A stretch of 64,000 bases of DNA from an uncultured Microthrixaceae bacterium (GTDB lineage: Bacteria; Actinomycetota; Acidimicrobiia; Acidimicrobiales; VFJN01). The translations under genes were made by a program, and so were the position numbers. Shown here in pieces: positions 49,472 to 59,262 of the stretch. Each line of letters opens with the position of its first letter. Within the stretch, counting starts at the first letter, position 1. The DNA is taken from positions 263,663 through 327,662 of the forward strand of contig CAVSIC010000039.1 of assembly GCA_963727905.1 (NCBI GenBank), read 5' to 3'. Under the pieces are notes generated by a model. The model saw nothing but the letters and a program-made list of their open reading frames with translations. It ran no database searches and was not told the origin of the DNA.

Positions 49472-49825
49472 CTACTCGGCCGCTGCAGCGGCGGCCGGCT
49501 GGGCGGCGTCGCCGAACAGGCCGCGGCGAGCGGCCTCTCCGTCGGGCAGCCGCACGAGCTTGTGGCGGACGACCTCGTCCGCGAGTCGGAGGGACCGCTC
49601 GAGCCCCTCGAGATCGGCGCCGTCGGCGGTCAGCTCCCACACGACGTAGTAGCCCTCGGTCTTGTGGTCGATCTCGTACGCGAAGCGCCGACGACCCCAC
49701 CGATCGGTGGAGGCGACGGAGCCGCCTCGGGTGCCGATGTTCGCGGTGACGGTCTTCACCTGGTCGTCGACCGCTTGGTCATCGAGTCCGGACTCGAAGA
49801 TGACCATGAGCTCATAGGCCCGCAT
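49472..49825 (-). CDS. rpsF: 30S ribosomal protein S6
   Basis: MRAYELMVI..WGRRRFAYEI..EGYY. Confidence 0.96.
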   Translation of the reverse strand: MRAYELMVIFESGLDDQAVDDQVKTVTANIGTRGGSVASTDRWGRRRFAYEIDHKTEGYYVVWELTADGADLEGLERSLRLADEVVRHKLVRLPDGEAARRGLFGDAAQPAAAAAAE

Positions 49826-49837
49826 GGGGCATCAGTT

Positions 49838-49890
49838 CCTCTCCCTGTGGACCCGACCGGAGTCGGGGCCCCCGACCTGGGGGCAGGGTG
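49838..49890 (-). promoter_or_regulatory. Probable S6:S18 ribosomal leader RNA
   Basis: CCCUG pairs with CAGGG next to the RBS; inner GCCCCC/GGGGGC stem followed by CCC; directly upstream of rpsF. Confidence 0.5.
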
Positions 49891-49970
49891 CCGAGGTGGC
49901 CCGGACAGGGTAGCGGCGGGGTCGGTTCGGCACACATCCGCAGACTGTGCCGCCCGGGTGTGACAGTGGG

Positions 49971-50555
49971 CTACGCGTCGGACGGCGGGGCGCACTTCCC
50001 GGTGATCTTGGTGGTGGAGCCCGGGATGATGCCGAGCTCCTCGAGGCCGCCCTTCGGCACCTCGACGGCCATGCGGTAGATGCCGTCCGCCGAGTAGATC
50101 GGGCAGTCCTCGCCGCCCTCGGGGCAGGCCTCCATGTCGGTGGTGCGCACGATCTGCCCGTCGATGTCGAGCCAGGCGATGCTCAGCGGGATCGGCACGC
50201 CCCGCATGTGGAACGAGTTCTGCCAGTCCTCGGTGTACACGAACAGCATCCCGGGGTAGCCGTCGAGGTGGTCCAACCCGATGAAGCCCTGGGAGCGCTG
50301 CTCCGCGTTGAGGGCGGCCAGCAGGCACCAGTCGAGCAGGCCGCGGCCGTCGCCGGGGTCCACGGAGATGGCGAGCTCGCGGAACCCCGGGAGCAGGACG
50401 CGGTCGGGATCCCCCGGCGCGTCGGCCGACGCGTCCCCGAACGAGGGATCGTCGGGGCCGTCGGCGCCGCGGATCACGAAGGCCCACAGCCCGGCGCCCA
50501 CGAGGGCGAGGGCGACCCAGAGCAGCCAGCGCAGGCGCCGGTCGGGGACCGTCAA
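49971..50555 (-). CDS. DUF192 family protein with N-terminal TM
   Basis: EQRSQGF..GMLFVY..FHMRGVPIPLSIAW..CPIY..AVEVPKG. Confidence 0.85.
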   Translation of the reverse strand: MTVPDRRLRWLLWVALALVGAGLWAFVIRGADGPDDPSFGDASADAPGDPDRVLLPGFRELAISVDPGDGRGLLDWCLLAALNAEQRSQGFIGLDHLDGYPGMLFVYTEDWQNSFHMRGVPIPLSIAWLDIDGQIVRTTDMEACPEGGEDCPIYSADGIYRMAVEVPKGGLEELGIIPGSTTKITGKCAPPSDA

Positions 50556-51436
50556 GCCGTGGGGCCGCCGTACAGACCGAGGGTCTCGGCCACGTCGGCG
50601 CTGAGGTGGTAGCTCTCGTCCGGGCCCGGGAAGGCACCGCTGCGGACGTCGTCGGCGTAGGCGGCGAGGCCGGCCACGGCCAGGGACCGCACATCTGCGT
50701 AGCGGCGCACGAACTTCGGCAGGATCCGGTCCTCGATGCCGAGGACGTCGTGGTACACGAGCACCTGGCCGTCGCAGCCCGGGCCGGCGCCGATGCCGAT
50801 CGTGGGGACGTCCACCGCGTCGGTGACCATCCGGGCGACCTCGTCGGGCACGCCCTCGAGGACGATGGCGAAGCAGCCGGCGGCGGCCAGGGACTTGGCG
50901 TCGGCCACCAGCTCCAGCGCGGCGCCGTGCTCGCGGCCCTGCACCTTGAAGCCGCCCATGGCGTGCACGGACTGCGGGGTGAGGCCGAGGTGGCCCATCA
51001 CCGGGATCTCCGCGTCGACGAGCGCCTCGACCATCGGCAGCCGCTTGCGGCCGCCCTCGAGCTTCACGGCCTGGGCGCCGGCCCGGATGAGCTGGGCCGC
51101 GTTGTTGACCGTGTCGACGGTGGTGGTGTGGTAGCTGAGCCACGGCAGGTCCGCGACCACGAGGGGCTTCGGAGCCTCGCGATCGGGGGCCGAGGAGGCC
51201 AGCCCGCGGGCGACCGCGGCGGTGTGGTGGGCCAGGTCGGCGACGGTCACCTGGAGGGTGTCGTCGTAGCCGAGGACGACCATGGCGACGGAGTCGCCCA
51301 CGAGCACGAGGTCGACCCCCGCCTCGTCGGCCATGCGCGCCCCCGGGGCGTCGTAGGCCGTGACCATGACGAGCGGCTCGCCGCCGTCGCGCACCTTGCG
51401 CGACCGAACGACGGGCGCGGTGACCTGCCTGCGCAT
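50552..51436 (-). CDS. panB: 3-methyl-2-oxobutanoate hydroxymethyltransferase
   Basis: MVTAYD, LVGDSVAM, AVKLEGG, GHLGLTPQS, TIGIGAG..DGQVLV. Confidence 0.96.
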   Translation of the reverse strand: MRRQVTAPVVRSRKVRDGGEPLVMVTAYDAPGARMADEAGVDLVLVGDSVAMVVLGYDDTLQVTVADLAHHTAAVARGLASSAPDREAPKPLVVADLPWLSYHTTTVDTVNNAAQLIRAGAQAVKLEGGRKRLPMVEALVDAEIPVMGHLGLTPQSVHAMGGFKVQGREHGAALELVADAKSLAAAGCFAIVLEGVPDEVARMVTDAVDVPTIGIGAGPGCDGQVLVYHDVLGIEDRILPKFVRRYADVRSLAVAGLAAYADDVRSGAFPGPDESYHLSADVAETLGLYGGPTA

Positions 51437-51544
51437 CGCTGCACCTCCTACCGTCCAGCGCCTGGGTGGCTGCCGGCGGCGTGAACAGCGTACGTGCCGG
51501 GACACCCCGTCTCCAACCGGCGGGCCCACGGATAGCGTGCCGCC

Positions 51545-51730
51545 GTGGACGAGATCGGTCGCTGCGACAGCTGTGGGGACGAGGGCGCGTCGGTCGTGGC
51601 CGTGCACCGGGTCTACGTGACCCCCGAGGCCTGGGACACGGAGGCGAGGGTGGAGGTGCTCGACGAGGTCGAGCGCTGGTGCTTCCCCTGCCGCACGAGC
51701 TATCCCCACGACGAGCTGGCCGGCTCCTAG
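51545..51730 (+). CDS. Small CxxC..CxxC Zn-finger-like protein
   Basis: CDSCG..VHRVY..ERWCFPCRTSYPH; plausible codon usage; fills the gap between genes. Confidence 0.65.
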   Translation: MDEIGRCDSCGDEGASVVAVHRVYVTPEAWDTEARVEVLDEVERWCFPCRTSYPHDELAGS

Positions 51731-51732
51731 CC

Positions 51733-53991
51733 TCAGGCCTTGCAGCCCAGCGGGAAGTCCGGATCGAGGTCCGGTCGGTTCGGCGGCTGGCACGGGCGCA
51801 ACGTGGTGGTCGGACCGGGCTGCGTCGTGGACGTCGACGGGAAGGTCGGGCCCGTGGGGCCACTGGGCGTCGAGGTCGAGGTGGAGCTGCCGCCGTCGCC
51901 GGGGATCGTGCTGCTCGTGGACGACGTGGCCGACTCGCTGAGCACCAGGTCCGGGTTGAGGACCTTGCCCGGGAACGAGCCGGGCTGGACGAACGAGCCC
52001 TGCTCGGTCCCGGCCGTGGCCGCCTTCATGTACTTGGCCCAGATCTGCGCCGGGAACGACCCGCCCGTGACCTTGATGCCATGGACGTCCTGCATCTTCT
52101 TGGGCTCTTCGTTCTCGTCCGGGTTGATGTAGCCCATCCACACCGCGGTGGTGAGCTTGGGCGTGAAGCCGACGAACCAGGCGTCGCGGTGGTCCTGGGT
52201 GGTGCCCGTCTTGCCCGCCGCCGACCGGCCGATGTTGGCCTTGGTGCCGGTGCCGGCCGTGATCACCTGGCGCATCGCGTAGGTGACGAGGTCGGCCTCC
52301 TTCTCCGTGAGCGTCCGCTCGTTGGTGGGACGGGCCTGCTCGAGCACGGTGATCTCGCCGTTCTCGTCCTGCTGCTCGATGCGACCGATGATCTCCGGGT
52401 CGTTGTGGATGCCGCGGTTGGCGAGCGTGCTGAAGCCGGAGGCCATGTCGAGCGGTGAGACGTCGGCGGTGCCGAGGGTCAGCGAGTTCACCGGCCGCTT
52501 CTCGCGGGGCGGTGTGAGCGGCGCGGTGACACCCATGTCGTGAGCGACGTCGGCCACCGCGTCGGGCCCGACCTTGAGCACGAGCTGCGCGAACGCCGTG
52601 TTGGACGACACGCGCAGCGCGTCGACGAGGTCGAGCGTGCCCTCCTCGTTCTCGTCGTAGTTGTGGACCACCCAGTCCTCGCCGTTGTTCGCCTTGGGCA
52701 GCGTGATCTCGGCTGGCGCGCGGAACTTCGAGTTCAGCGAGATGCCCTGCCGCACCGCCGCCGCGAGGGTGAACGGCTTGAACGACGAGCCGGCACCGCG
52801 ACCGGACCCGCCACCGGCGGTGCCCAGCGCGAGGTTCACCTTCTGCTCCTCGAAGTTCCGGCCGCCGATCATCGCCTTCACCTGGCCGCGGTCGTCGAGG
52901 CTGATCAGCGCCGCCTCGGGATCGTCGGGCTGGTTCAGGGTGCTGGTGACCGCCTCCCAGGCGTCCCGCTGCATCTCCGGGTCGACGGTGGCGTAGATCC
53001 GGAGGCCGCCGCCGTAGAGCACGCCCTCGCCGTACTTCCGGCGGATCTGCGTCCGGATCTCCTCGATGTAGTAGGCACCCCCGACCGCCTCGAACGAGGG
53101 GTCGATGTCGAGCTTGGTGCGGTCCCGGCGGGGGATCACGAGGTCCTCCCACTCGGCCGCCTTCGCCTGTGTGACCTGCTCGTCGGTGACCTTGCCCTCC
53201 GAGCGCAAGGCGGCGAGCGTGACGTCGCGGCGCCGACTCGCCTCCACCGGGTCGGCCAGCGCGTCGGCCGCCTCCGGCGCCCGGATCAGGCCGGCCAGGT
53301 AGGCGGACTCGGGCAGGCCGAGCTGCCGCACGTCCTTGCCGAAGTAGGCCCTCGCCGCCGCCCCGACGCCGTAGGCGCCGCGGCCGAAGTAGATGGTGTT
53401 GAGGTACCGCCCGAGGATCTCCTCCTTGTCGAGCTCGCGCTCGAGCTTCACGGCGAGCACCGCCTCCTTCACCTTCCGGGTGATGCTGCGCTCGGAGGTC
53501 AGGTAGACGTTCTTCACGTACTGCTGGGTGATCGTGGAACCGCCCTGCTGCACGCCGCGCCCGCGGACATCGTTGTAGAACGCGCGGGCGATGCCCACCG
53601 GGTCCACGCCGCCGTGCTCGAAGAAGTCGCGGTCCTCCGTGGCGAGCACCGCGTCGATCAGCACGGCGGGGACCTCGTCGAGGGGCACGTTGATGCGGTC
53701 CTCCTCGGCGGAGAACGTGGCGATGGCGTTGTCGGGTCCGCAGCCGGTGGTGACGTCGGCCAGGCAGACGAACGAGGTCTGCGACAGCACCTCCTCCGGC
53801 GGCAGGTTGATGTTGAAGATCACCGAGGCCGCGCCGCCGGTGGCGGCCACCCCGACGAGGCCGACCACGAACAGGCCGCGGCGCCAGCGCCACAGCGCGC
53901 CGCGGCGCTTGGCGGGGCGGCGGGGGCGGGGCACGGGCGCGGAGCGGCCCCGGGCAGCACGCTGGGAGGCGGGGGGGCGGCGCTGGGTCAT
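51733..53991 (-). CDS. Class A penicillin-binding protein (PBP1A/PonA-like)
   Basis: TG motifs EDRDFFEHGG, GGSTITQQ, RKVKE; TP motifs SSFK, SSN, KTGT. Confidence 0.93.
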   Translation of the reverse strand: MTQRRPPASQRAARGRSAPVPRPRRPAKRRGALWRWRRGLFVVGLVGVAATGGAASVIFNINLPPEEVLSQTSFVCLADVTTGCGPDNAIATFSAEEDRINVPLDEVPAVLIDAVLATEDRDFFEHGGVDPVGIARAFYNDVRGRGVQQGGSTITQQYVKNVYLTSERSITRKVKEAVLAVKLERELDKEEILGRYLNTIYFGRGAYGVGAAARAYFGKDVRQLGLPESAYLAGLIRAPEAADALADPVEASRRRDVTLAALRSEGKVTDEQVTQAKAAEWEDLVIPRRDRTKLDIDPSFEAVGGAYYIEEIRTQIRRKYGEGVLYGGGLRIYATVDPEMQRDAWEAVTSTLNQPDDPEAALISLDDRGQVKAMIGGRNFEEQKVNLALGTAGGGSGRGAGSSFKPFTLAAAVRQGISLNSKFRAPAEITLPKANNGEDWVVHNYDENEEGTLDLVDALRVSSNTAFAQLVLKVGPDAVADVAHDMGVTAPLTPPREKRPVNSLTLGTADVSPLDMASGFSTLANRGIHNDPEIIGRIEQQDENGEITVLEQARPTNERTLTEKEADLVTYAMRQVITAGTGTKANIGRSAAGKTGTTQDHRDAWFVGFTPKLTTAVWMGYINPDENEEPKKMQDVHGIKVTGGSFPAQIWAKYMKAATAGTEQGSFVQPGSFPGKVLNPDLVLSESATSSTSSTIPGDGGSSTSTSTPSGPTGPTFPSTSTTQPGPTTTLRPCQPPNRPDLDPDFPLGCKA

Positions 53992-54680
53992 CGGTGGCGG
54001 GAGATCGGCCGGAGGGCCGAGACAGGGTCCCTCACGGTAGGCGAACCCGCCAGGAGGCCGACCGCGGCGACCGCCGCCGCGATCACCACGCCTTGGCCCA
54101 CCAGGCCCCACGACAGGGTCGGAGCGCCGCTCGGGCCGGCGATGCCCACCGCCACGACGGCGCCGACGCCCGTGAGGGCGGCGAGGAGCCCGAGCCCACG
54201 GTCGAGCCGGGGCCGGTCGGCCCGCCACCACGCCAGGGCGAGCCCGGCGGCGGTGGCCCCGACCGCGACCGCCACGCGCACCGGGACCTCGCCTCCCGAA
54301 GCCGGCCCGGCGAGGATCGCGGCGGCGGTCGCACCCGCCGCCGCCACGCGCACCGGGTCCCGGCCGCACCCGAGGGCGAGCACCAGGGCGACCGCGGCCA
54401 ACCAGGAACCGGTGGCGCCGGCGGCCGGGCCGATGCCTCCGGCCGGCCCGAGCACGGCCTGCACGCCGGCCAGCGCCTCCAGCGAGGTCGTGCCCCAGCG
54501 CCACGACGACGCGAACACGGCCCCGGCCACCGCCGCCACCCGGAGGGCGAGGTCCCCGCGCCGGGCGTCGGGCACGAGCAGCAGGAGGCCGAGGACCACG
54601 AGCTCACCCCGGGAGGTCGCGGCCAGCACCAGCGCCGCCGCCGCGACGGCCCGGCCCGGTGTGACCGCCCGGCCGGTCAC
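53988..54680 (-). CDS. Hydrophobic Ala/Gly-rich membrane protein
   Basis: Multiple TM segments; overlaps both neighbours by 4 bp. Confidence 0.65.
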   Translation of the reverse strand: MTGRAVTPGRAVAAAALVLAATSRGELVVLGLLLLVPDARRGDLALRVAAVAGAVFASSWRWGTTSLEALAGVQAVLGPAGGIGPAAGATGSWLAAVALVLALGCGRDPVRVAAAGATAAAILAGPASGGEVPVRVAVAVGATAAGLALAWWRADRPRLDRGLGLLAALTGVGAVVAVGIAGPSGAPTLSWGLVGQGVVIAAAVAAVGLLAGSPTVRDPVSALRPISRHR

Positions 54681-55072
54681 CCGTCGCCGAGCACGAACGT
54701 CTGCGCCAGGTGGTTCCACGAGCACGAGGGGCAGACCTCGACCACGTAGCAGGCGAGGTGGGCACGGCCCTTGGCCAGCTTCTTGACCTCGCCCTTGGCC
54801 GTGATGCACCGGCCCGACGCCGGGAGCCGGTCGCCGAAGGCGTAGGTGACGAGGACGACCTGGTCCTCCTCGCAGATCGGGCACTCCATCGAGGTGGGCT
54901 CGCTGGCCTGGGCGGCCGCCCGCCGGAGCTCGGGATGGGCGTCGCACACCTCGTGGCGGGCCAGCCGGCCCTTCCGGTACTCCGCGACCACCCCGAGGCG
55001 GGCCAGGCGGTAGTCGACCGTGGCACCGGGGCTCGAGCTGGCCCCACGGATGGCCTCGATGCGGAAGGTCAC
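54677..55072 (-). CDS. DUF5318 family protein
   Basis: [38 protein letters not shown]; usual position between PBP1A and PadR-ino1. Confidence 0.85.
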   Translation of the reverse strand: MTFRIEAIRGASSSPGATVDYRLARLGVVAEYRKGRLARHEVCDAHPELRRAAAQASEPTSMECPICEEDQVVLVTYAFGDRLPASGRCITAKGEVKKLAKGRAHLACYVVEVCPSCSWNHLAQTFVLGDG

Positions 55073-55117
55073 GGCCCCGCAGGCTACCGGCCGCCTGGGG
55101 CCCCGGTCTCCGGCGGG

Positions 55118-55183
55118 TTGACAGGGATCCCCCCGATCCCGCACACTGTCCGTTACATCGAATCGATACATCGTTCGGATGCA
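55118..55183 (+). promoter_or_regulatory. Promoter (TTGACA-18-CACACT) and candidate PadR operator for padR-ino1
   Basis: TACATCG direct repeat (55154, 55167) overlapping the palindrome ATCGAATCGAT. Confidence 0.5.
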
Positions 55184-55202
55184 ACGGTTCGCAACCCCTC
55201 CC

Positions 55203-55850
55203 ATGATCGACCTCGCCATCCTCGGACTGCTCACCGAGCAGGAGCTCCACGGCTACGAGCTCAAGAAGCGGCTCGCCGAGCTGCTCCCCGGCCGCGCCTC
55301 CGTCTCCTTCGGGTCGCTGTACCCGGCGCTCGCCCGCCTCGAGGCCCAGGGCTGCGTGAAGGCGGTCGAGGAGCGCACCTCCGCCCCGGTCGCCCCCATG
55401 TCGGGCTCGCTGGTCGGCGAGCTCGCCGCCTTCCGGGCCCGGGTCCGCGAATCAGGCCTCGTGAAGGGCACCAGCCGCGGCAAGAAGGTCTACGGGATCA
55501 CCGACGTCGGGCGGGCCCGGCTCGTCGAGCTGCTCTCCGACCCCGACGTGAGCGACGACCGCGCGTTCACGCTCCGGGTCGCCTTCGCCCCCGAGCTGGC
55601 CGACGAGGCCCGCCTCGAGCTGTTCGAGCGCCGGCGCACCGAGCTGCTCGGCCGGCGCGACGACCTGCGCCGCCGCCGCGACGACCGCGCCGGCGGTCGC
55701 ACCCACTCCTACCTCGGCGCGCTGCTCGAGCGCGACGCCGACCACCTCGCCAACGACCTCGCCTGGCTCGACCGCCTCATCGAGGGCGAGCGCTCCCGCT
55801 CGACCTCGGCGGCCGCGCCAGCGCTTCTCCAGGAGGAACCCACGACATGA
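55203..55850 (+). CDS. PadR-family transcriptional regulator (InoR/Rv0047c-like)
   Basis: [36 protein letters not shown]; upstream of ino1. Confidence 0.92.
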   Translation: MIDLAILGLLTEQELHGYELKKRLAELLPGRASVSFGSLYPALARLEAQGCVKAVEERTSAPVAPMSGSLVGELAAFRARVRESGLVKGTSRGKKVYGITDVGRARLVELLSDPDVSDDRAFTLRVAFAPELADEARLELFERRRTELLGRRDDLRRRRDDRAGGRTHSYLGALLERDADHLANDLAWLDRLIEGERSRSTSAAAPALLQEEPTT

Positions 55851-56931
55851 GCAAGATCCGCCTCGCCATCGCCGGCATGGGCAACTGCGCCAGCTCGCTG
55901 GTGCAGGGCATCACCTACTACGCCGACGCCGACCCGGCCGACCGTGTGCCCGGGCTGATGCACGTCGACCTCGGCGGCTACCACGTCGGCGACATCGAGC
56001 TCGTCGCCGCCTTCGACGTCGACGCCGAGAAGGTGGGCCTCGACGCCTCCAAGGCCCTGCGGGCCGAGATCAACAACACCATCCAGTTCGCCGAGGTGCC
56101 CCACCTGGGCGTCGAGGTGCTGCGGGGCCCGACCCTCGACGGCTTCGGCGAGTTCTACCGCCAGGTGGCCGAGGAGTCCCCCGCCGAGCCGGTCGACGTC
56201 GCCCAGGTGCTCCGCGACACGCAAGGCCGACGTGCTCGTCTCCTACCTGCCGGTCGGGTCCGAGGACGCCCAGCGCTACTACGCCCAGGCCTGCCTCGAC
56301 GCCGGCGTGGCCTTCGTGAACGCCATCCCCGTGTTCATCGCCTCCGACCCCGAGTGGGCCGAGAAGTTCCGCGACGGCCGGCATCCCGATCGTCGGCGAC
56401 GACATCAAGAGCCAGGTCGGCGCCACCATCGTGCACCGCACGCTGGCCCGCCTCTTCGAGGACCGCGGCACCACGATCGACCACACGTACCAGCTGAACT
56501 TCGGCGGGAACATGGACTTCATGAACATGCTGGAGCGCAAGCGCCTCAAGTCCAAGAAGATCTCCAAGACGCAGTCGGTCACCAGCCAGATCGACCAGGG
56601 CATCTCCGACCGCGACGTGCACATCGGCCCGTCCGACCACGTGCCGTGGCTCGAGGACCGCAAGTGGGCGCTGATCCGACTCGAGGGCCGCAACTTCGGC
56701 GACGTGCCGCTCACGGTCGAGCTCAAGCTCGAGGTGCACGACTCGCCCAACTCCGCCGGCGTGATCATCGACGCCGTCCGCTGCGCCAAGATCGGCCTCG
56801 ACCGCGGCATGGGCGGCCCCCTCGAGGGCCCCTCGGCCTACTTCATGAAGTCGCCGGGCAAGCAGTACCGCGACGAGGAGGCCCACCGGCTCGTCGAGGC
56901 CTATGCCAACGGCGAGGCCGACCTGAAGTAG
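55847..56931 (+). CDS. ino1: Inositol-3-phosphate synthase; two apparent +1 frameshifts (~56221, ~56376)
   Basis: [60 protein letters not shown], spread over three frames. Confidence 0.92.
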
Positions 56932-56945
56932 TAAGACTGCTGGGC

Positions 56946-57653
56946 ATGTACCAGCGCTTCTCGGTGGCTTCCCCGGCCGGGCACGACCTGCCCACCGACG
57001 TCGTCACCTACGGCGCCGACGTGCCCCGCGAGGACACCCTCAAGCTGCTCGGCTCCGTCGAGGGCAAGCGCATCCTCGACCTCGGCTGCGGGTGCGGCCA
57101 CAACGCCATCGCGCTCGCTCGCCAAGGGGCGAAGGTCATCGGCGTCGACGAGTCGTCCGACCAGGTCGCCGACGCCCGCGCCGCCGCCGACCGCGAGGGC
57201 GTGAAGGTCGAGCTGCACCACGCCCCGCTGGCCGAGCTGGCCTTCCTGCGGGCCGACACGATCGACGGCGCCCTCTCGGCGATCGGCCTGGCCCCCATCG
57301 AGGACATCGACCGGGTGTTCCGCCAGGTGCACCGCGTGCTGCGGCCCGAGATGGCGCTCGTCCTGTCGTTCCCGCACCCAGCCTTCGCGGTGATCGACGC
57401 CGACGATCCGGAGCGCCGGGTGCACCGGTCCTACTGGGAGACGTCCGCCATCCCGGCCGACGGTGCGCACCCGCCCGACGTGCCCCGCACCATGGCGGCG
57501 ATCTTCCCGAGCCTCGGCCGGGCCAACTTCCGGGTCGACACCGTGCTCGAGCCGGAACCGCCGAAGGGCGACCCGCGCAGCACCCGGTGGACCGACGCGA
57601 TGACCGTGCTCCCCGCCACCCTCATCGTCCGAGCCCGCAAGCTCGGCATCTGA
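56946..57653 (+). CDS. Class I SAM-dependent methyltransferase
   Basis: [20 protein letters not shown]. Confidence 0.9.
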   Translation: MYQRFSVASPAGHDLPTDVVTYGADVPREDTLKLLGSVEGKRILDLGCGCGHNAIALARQGAKVIGVDESSDQVADARAAADREGVKVELHHAPLAELAFLRADTIDGALSAIGLAPIEDIDRVFRQVHRVLRPEMALVLSFPHPAFAVIDADDPERRVHRSYWETSAIPADGAHPPDVPRTMAAIFPSLGRANFRVDTVLEPEPPKGDPRSTRWTDAMTVLPATLIVRARKLGI

Positions 57654-57749
57654 GTCTTCTGCTTGCTCCGGTCGCAGGGCGCCTGCGGCGGGGGCTCGCC
57701 TCCGCAAGTGCCTCCGCTCGGGTCGGCAAAGCCGCCCGGCTCCGGCCTG
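57650..57749 (+). repeat. Dispersed REP/MITE-like repeat, copy 2 (begins at the methyltransferase stop)
   Basis: CTGAGTCTTCTGCTTGCTCCGGTCG plus downstream similarity to copy 1. Confidence 0.65.
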
Positions 57750-57753
57750 TGAT

Positions 57754-59145
57754 CTAGGCGCGCGCCGCGTACCACTCGTCGAGGCGGCGGTAGGCCTCCT
57801 CCTCCTCCAGCGGGCCCTCCTCGAGGCGAGCCTCGAGGAGCATGGCCAGGGCCTCGCCGACGATGCGGCCCGGCCGCACCCCGAGGTGGGCCATCACGGC
57901 CTCGCCGTCGAGGTCCGGGCGGATCGCCTCGAGCTCCTCGCGCTCGCGCAGCTCGGCGATGCGGGCCTCGAGCGCGTCCATCCGAGCGGCGAGGCGCTTG
58001 GCCTTCCGCTCGTTGCGAGTGGTGCAGTCGCAGCGCGTGAGCTCGTTGAGCTGGTCGAGCAGGGGCCCGGCGTCGCGGACGTAGCGACGGACCGCGGCGT
58101 CGGTCCACACGTCGTCGCCGTAGCCGTGGAACCGGAGGTGCAGGTACACGAGCTGGGCGATGTCCTCGACCTGGTCGTTCGGGAACCGCAGCGCCCGGAG
58201 CCGATCGCGGGCCATGCGGGCGCCGACGACCTCGTGGTGGTGGAACGACACCCCGCGCGGCCCGATCGAGCGCGTCTTCGGCTTGCCCACGTCGTGGAGC
58301 AGGGCGGACATCCGCAGCACGAGGTCGGGTGACGTCTTGGCCACCACGGCCAGCGTGTGGGCGAGGACGTCCTTGTGGCGGTGGATCGGGTCCTGCTCGA
58401 CCCGCATCGCGGGGAGCTCGGGGAGGATCACGTCGGCGATCCCGGTGTCGACGAGGAACCAGAGACCGTCGCTGGGGTCCTCGACCACCATGAGCTTGCC
58501 CAGCTCGTCGCGGATCCGCTCGGCCGACACGATCTCGAGGCGATCGACCATCGCCGTGACGGCGGCGACCAGCTCGGGAGCCGGTCGCAGCCCGTACCCG
58601 GCGATGAAGCGGGCCGCCCGCATCATCCGGAGCGGATCGTCGCTGAACGACACCTCGGGCCCGAGCGGCGTGCGCAGCACCCCGGCGGCCAGATCGGCGA
58701 CGCCCCCGTGCGGGTCGATCAGCTCCGGCTCCTCGCCGGGCGCGCCGGTCACCCGCAGGGCCATCGCGTTGACCGTGAAGTCACGCCGGCCCAGGTCTTC
58801 GAGGATGTCCGTGGAGTACGAGACCTCGGGCTTGCGGGAGTCCGGGACGTAGGCCTCGGCCCGGTGCGTCGTGATCTCGAAGGTCAGCCCACCCTTGCGC
58901 ACCCCCACCGTGCCGAAGCGCGCGCCCTGGTCCCACACGGCGTCGGCCCAGCCCGTGACCGCCTCGGTGGTGACCTCGGGTCGGGCGTCGGTGGTGAGGT
59001 CGAGGTCGTGGTCGTCGGCCAGCCGGCCCAGGACCAGGTCCCGGACCACGCCGCCCACCAGGTAGAGCCGGTGGCCGCGCGAATCGAACCGCTCGGCCAG
59101 GGGCCGGACGGCGTCGAGGATCGGACGCAGTCGCTCAGGGATCAC
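57754..59145 (-). CDS. CCA tRNA nucleotidyltransferase (class II, HD domain)
   Basis: LVGGVVRD..DLDLTT, RRDFTVNAMA, DDPLRMMRA, ERIRDEL, LLHDVGK. Confidence 0.94.
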   Translation of the reverse strand: MIPERLRPILDAVRPLAERFDSRGHRLYLVGGVVRDLVLGRLADDHDLDLTTDARPEVTTEAVTGWADAVWDQGARFGTVGVRKGGLTFEITTHRAEAYVPDSRKPEVSYSTDILEDLGRRDFTVNAMALRVTGAPGEEPELIDPHGGVADLAAGVLRTPLGPEVSFSDDPLRMMRAARFIAGYGLRPAPELVAAVTAMVDRLEIVSAERIRDELGKLMVVEDPSDGLWFLVDTGIADVILPELPAMRVEQDPIHRHKDVLAHTLAVVAKTSPDLVLRMSALLHDVGKPKTRSIGPRGVSFHHHEVVGARMARDRLRALRFPNDQVEDIAQLVYLHLRFHGYGDDVWTDAAVRRYVRDAGPLLDQLNELTRCDCTTRNERKAKRLAARMDALEARIAELREREELEAIRPDLDGEAVMAHLGVRPGRIVGEALAMLLEARLEEGPLEEEEAYRRLDEWYAARA

Positions 59146-59191
59146 GCGCTCACCAGGGTACGAGCGGGGGCCGGGAGGCCGGAACAGCGAA

Positions 59192-59234
59192 CTGGCGGCC
59201 CTCCGATCCCGACCGGGGATCGAGGAGCCGCCAG
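59192..59234 (-). terminator. Hairpin downstream of the DUF11 gene
   Basis: ctggcggc..cgatccc/gggatcg..gccgccag imperfect stem. Confidence 0.5.
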
Positions 59235-59262
59235 CTCAGCAGGCTGTTGGTGAGCCGAAGGC

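Noticed and set aside
50552-53893. 1113-aa ORF appearing to fuse an unknown domain to PanB (also 40007..41170 for GlnK and 56232..57653 for the methyltransferase)
   Set aside because: The upstream parts are off-frame read-through of neighbouring genes; the real starts are at 51436, 40832 and 56946.
55847-56931. ino1 as a true pseudogene or programmed frameshift
   Set aside because: All catalytic motifs are intact, there is no slippery heptamer, and similar indels occur elsewhere in the window; sequencing error is more parsimonious.
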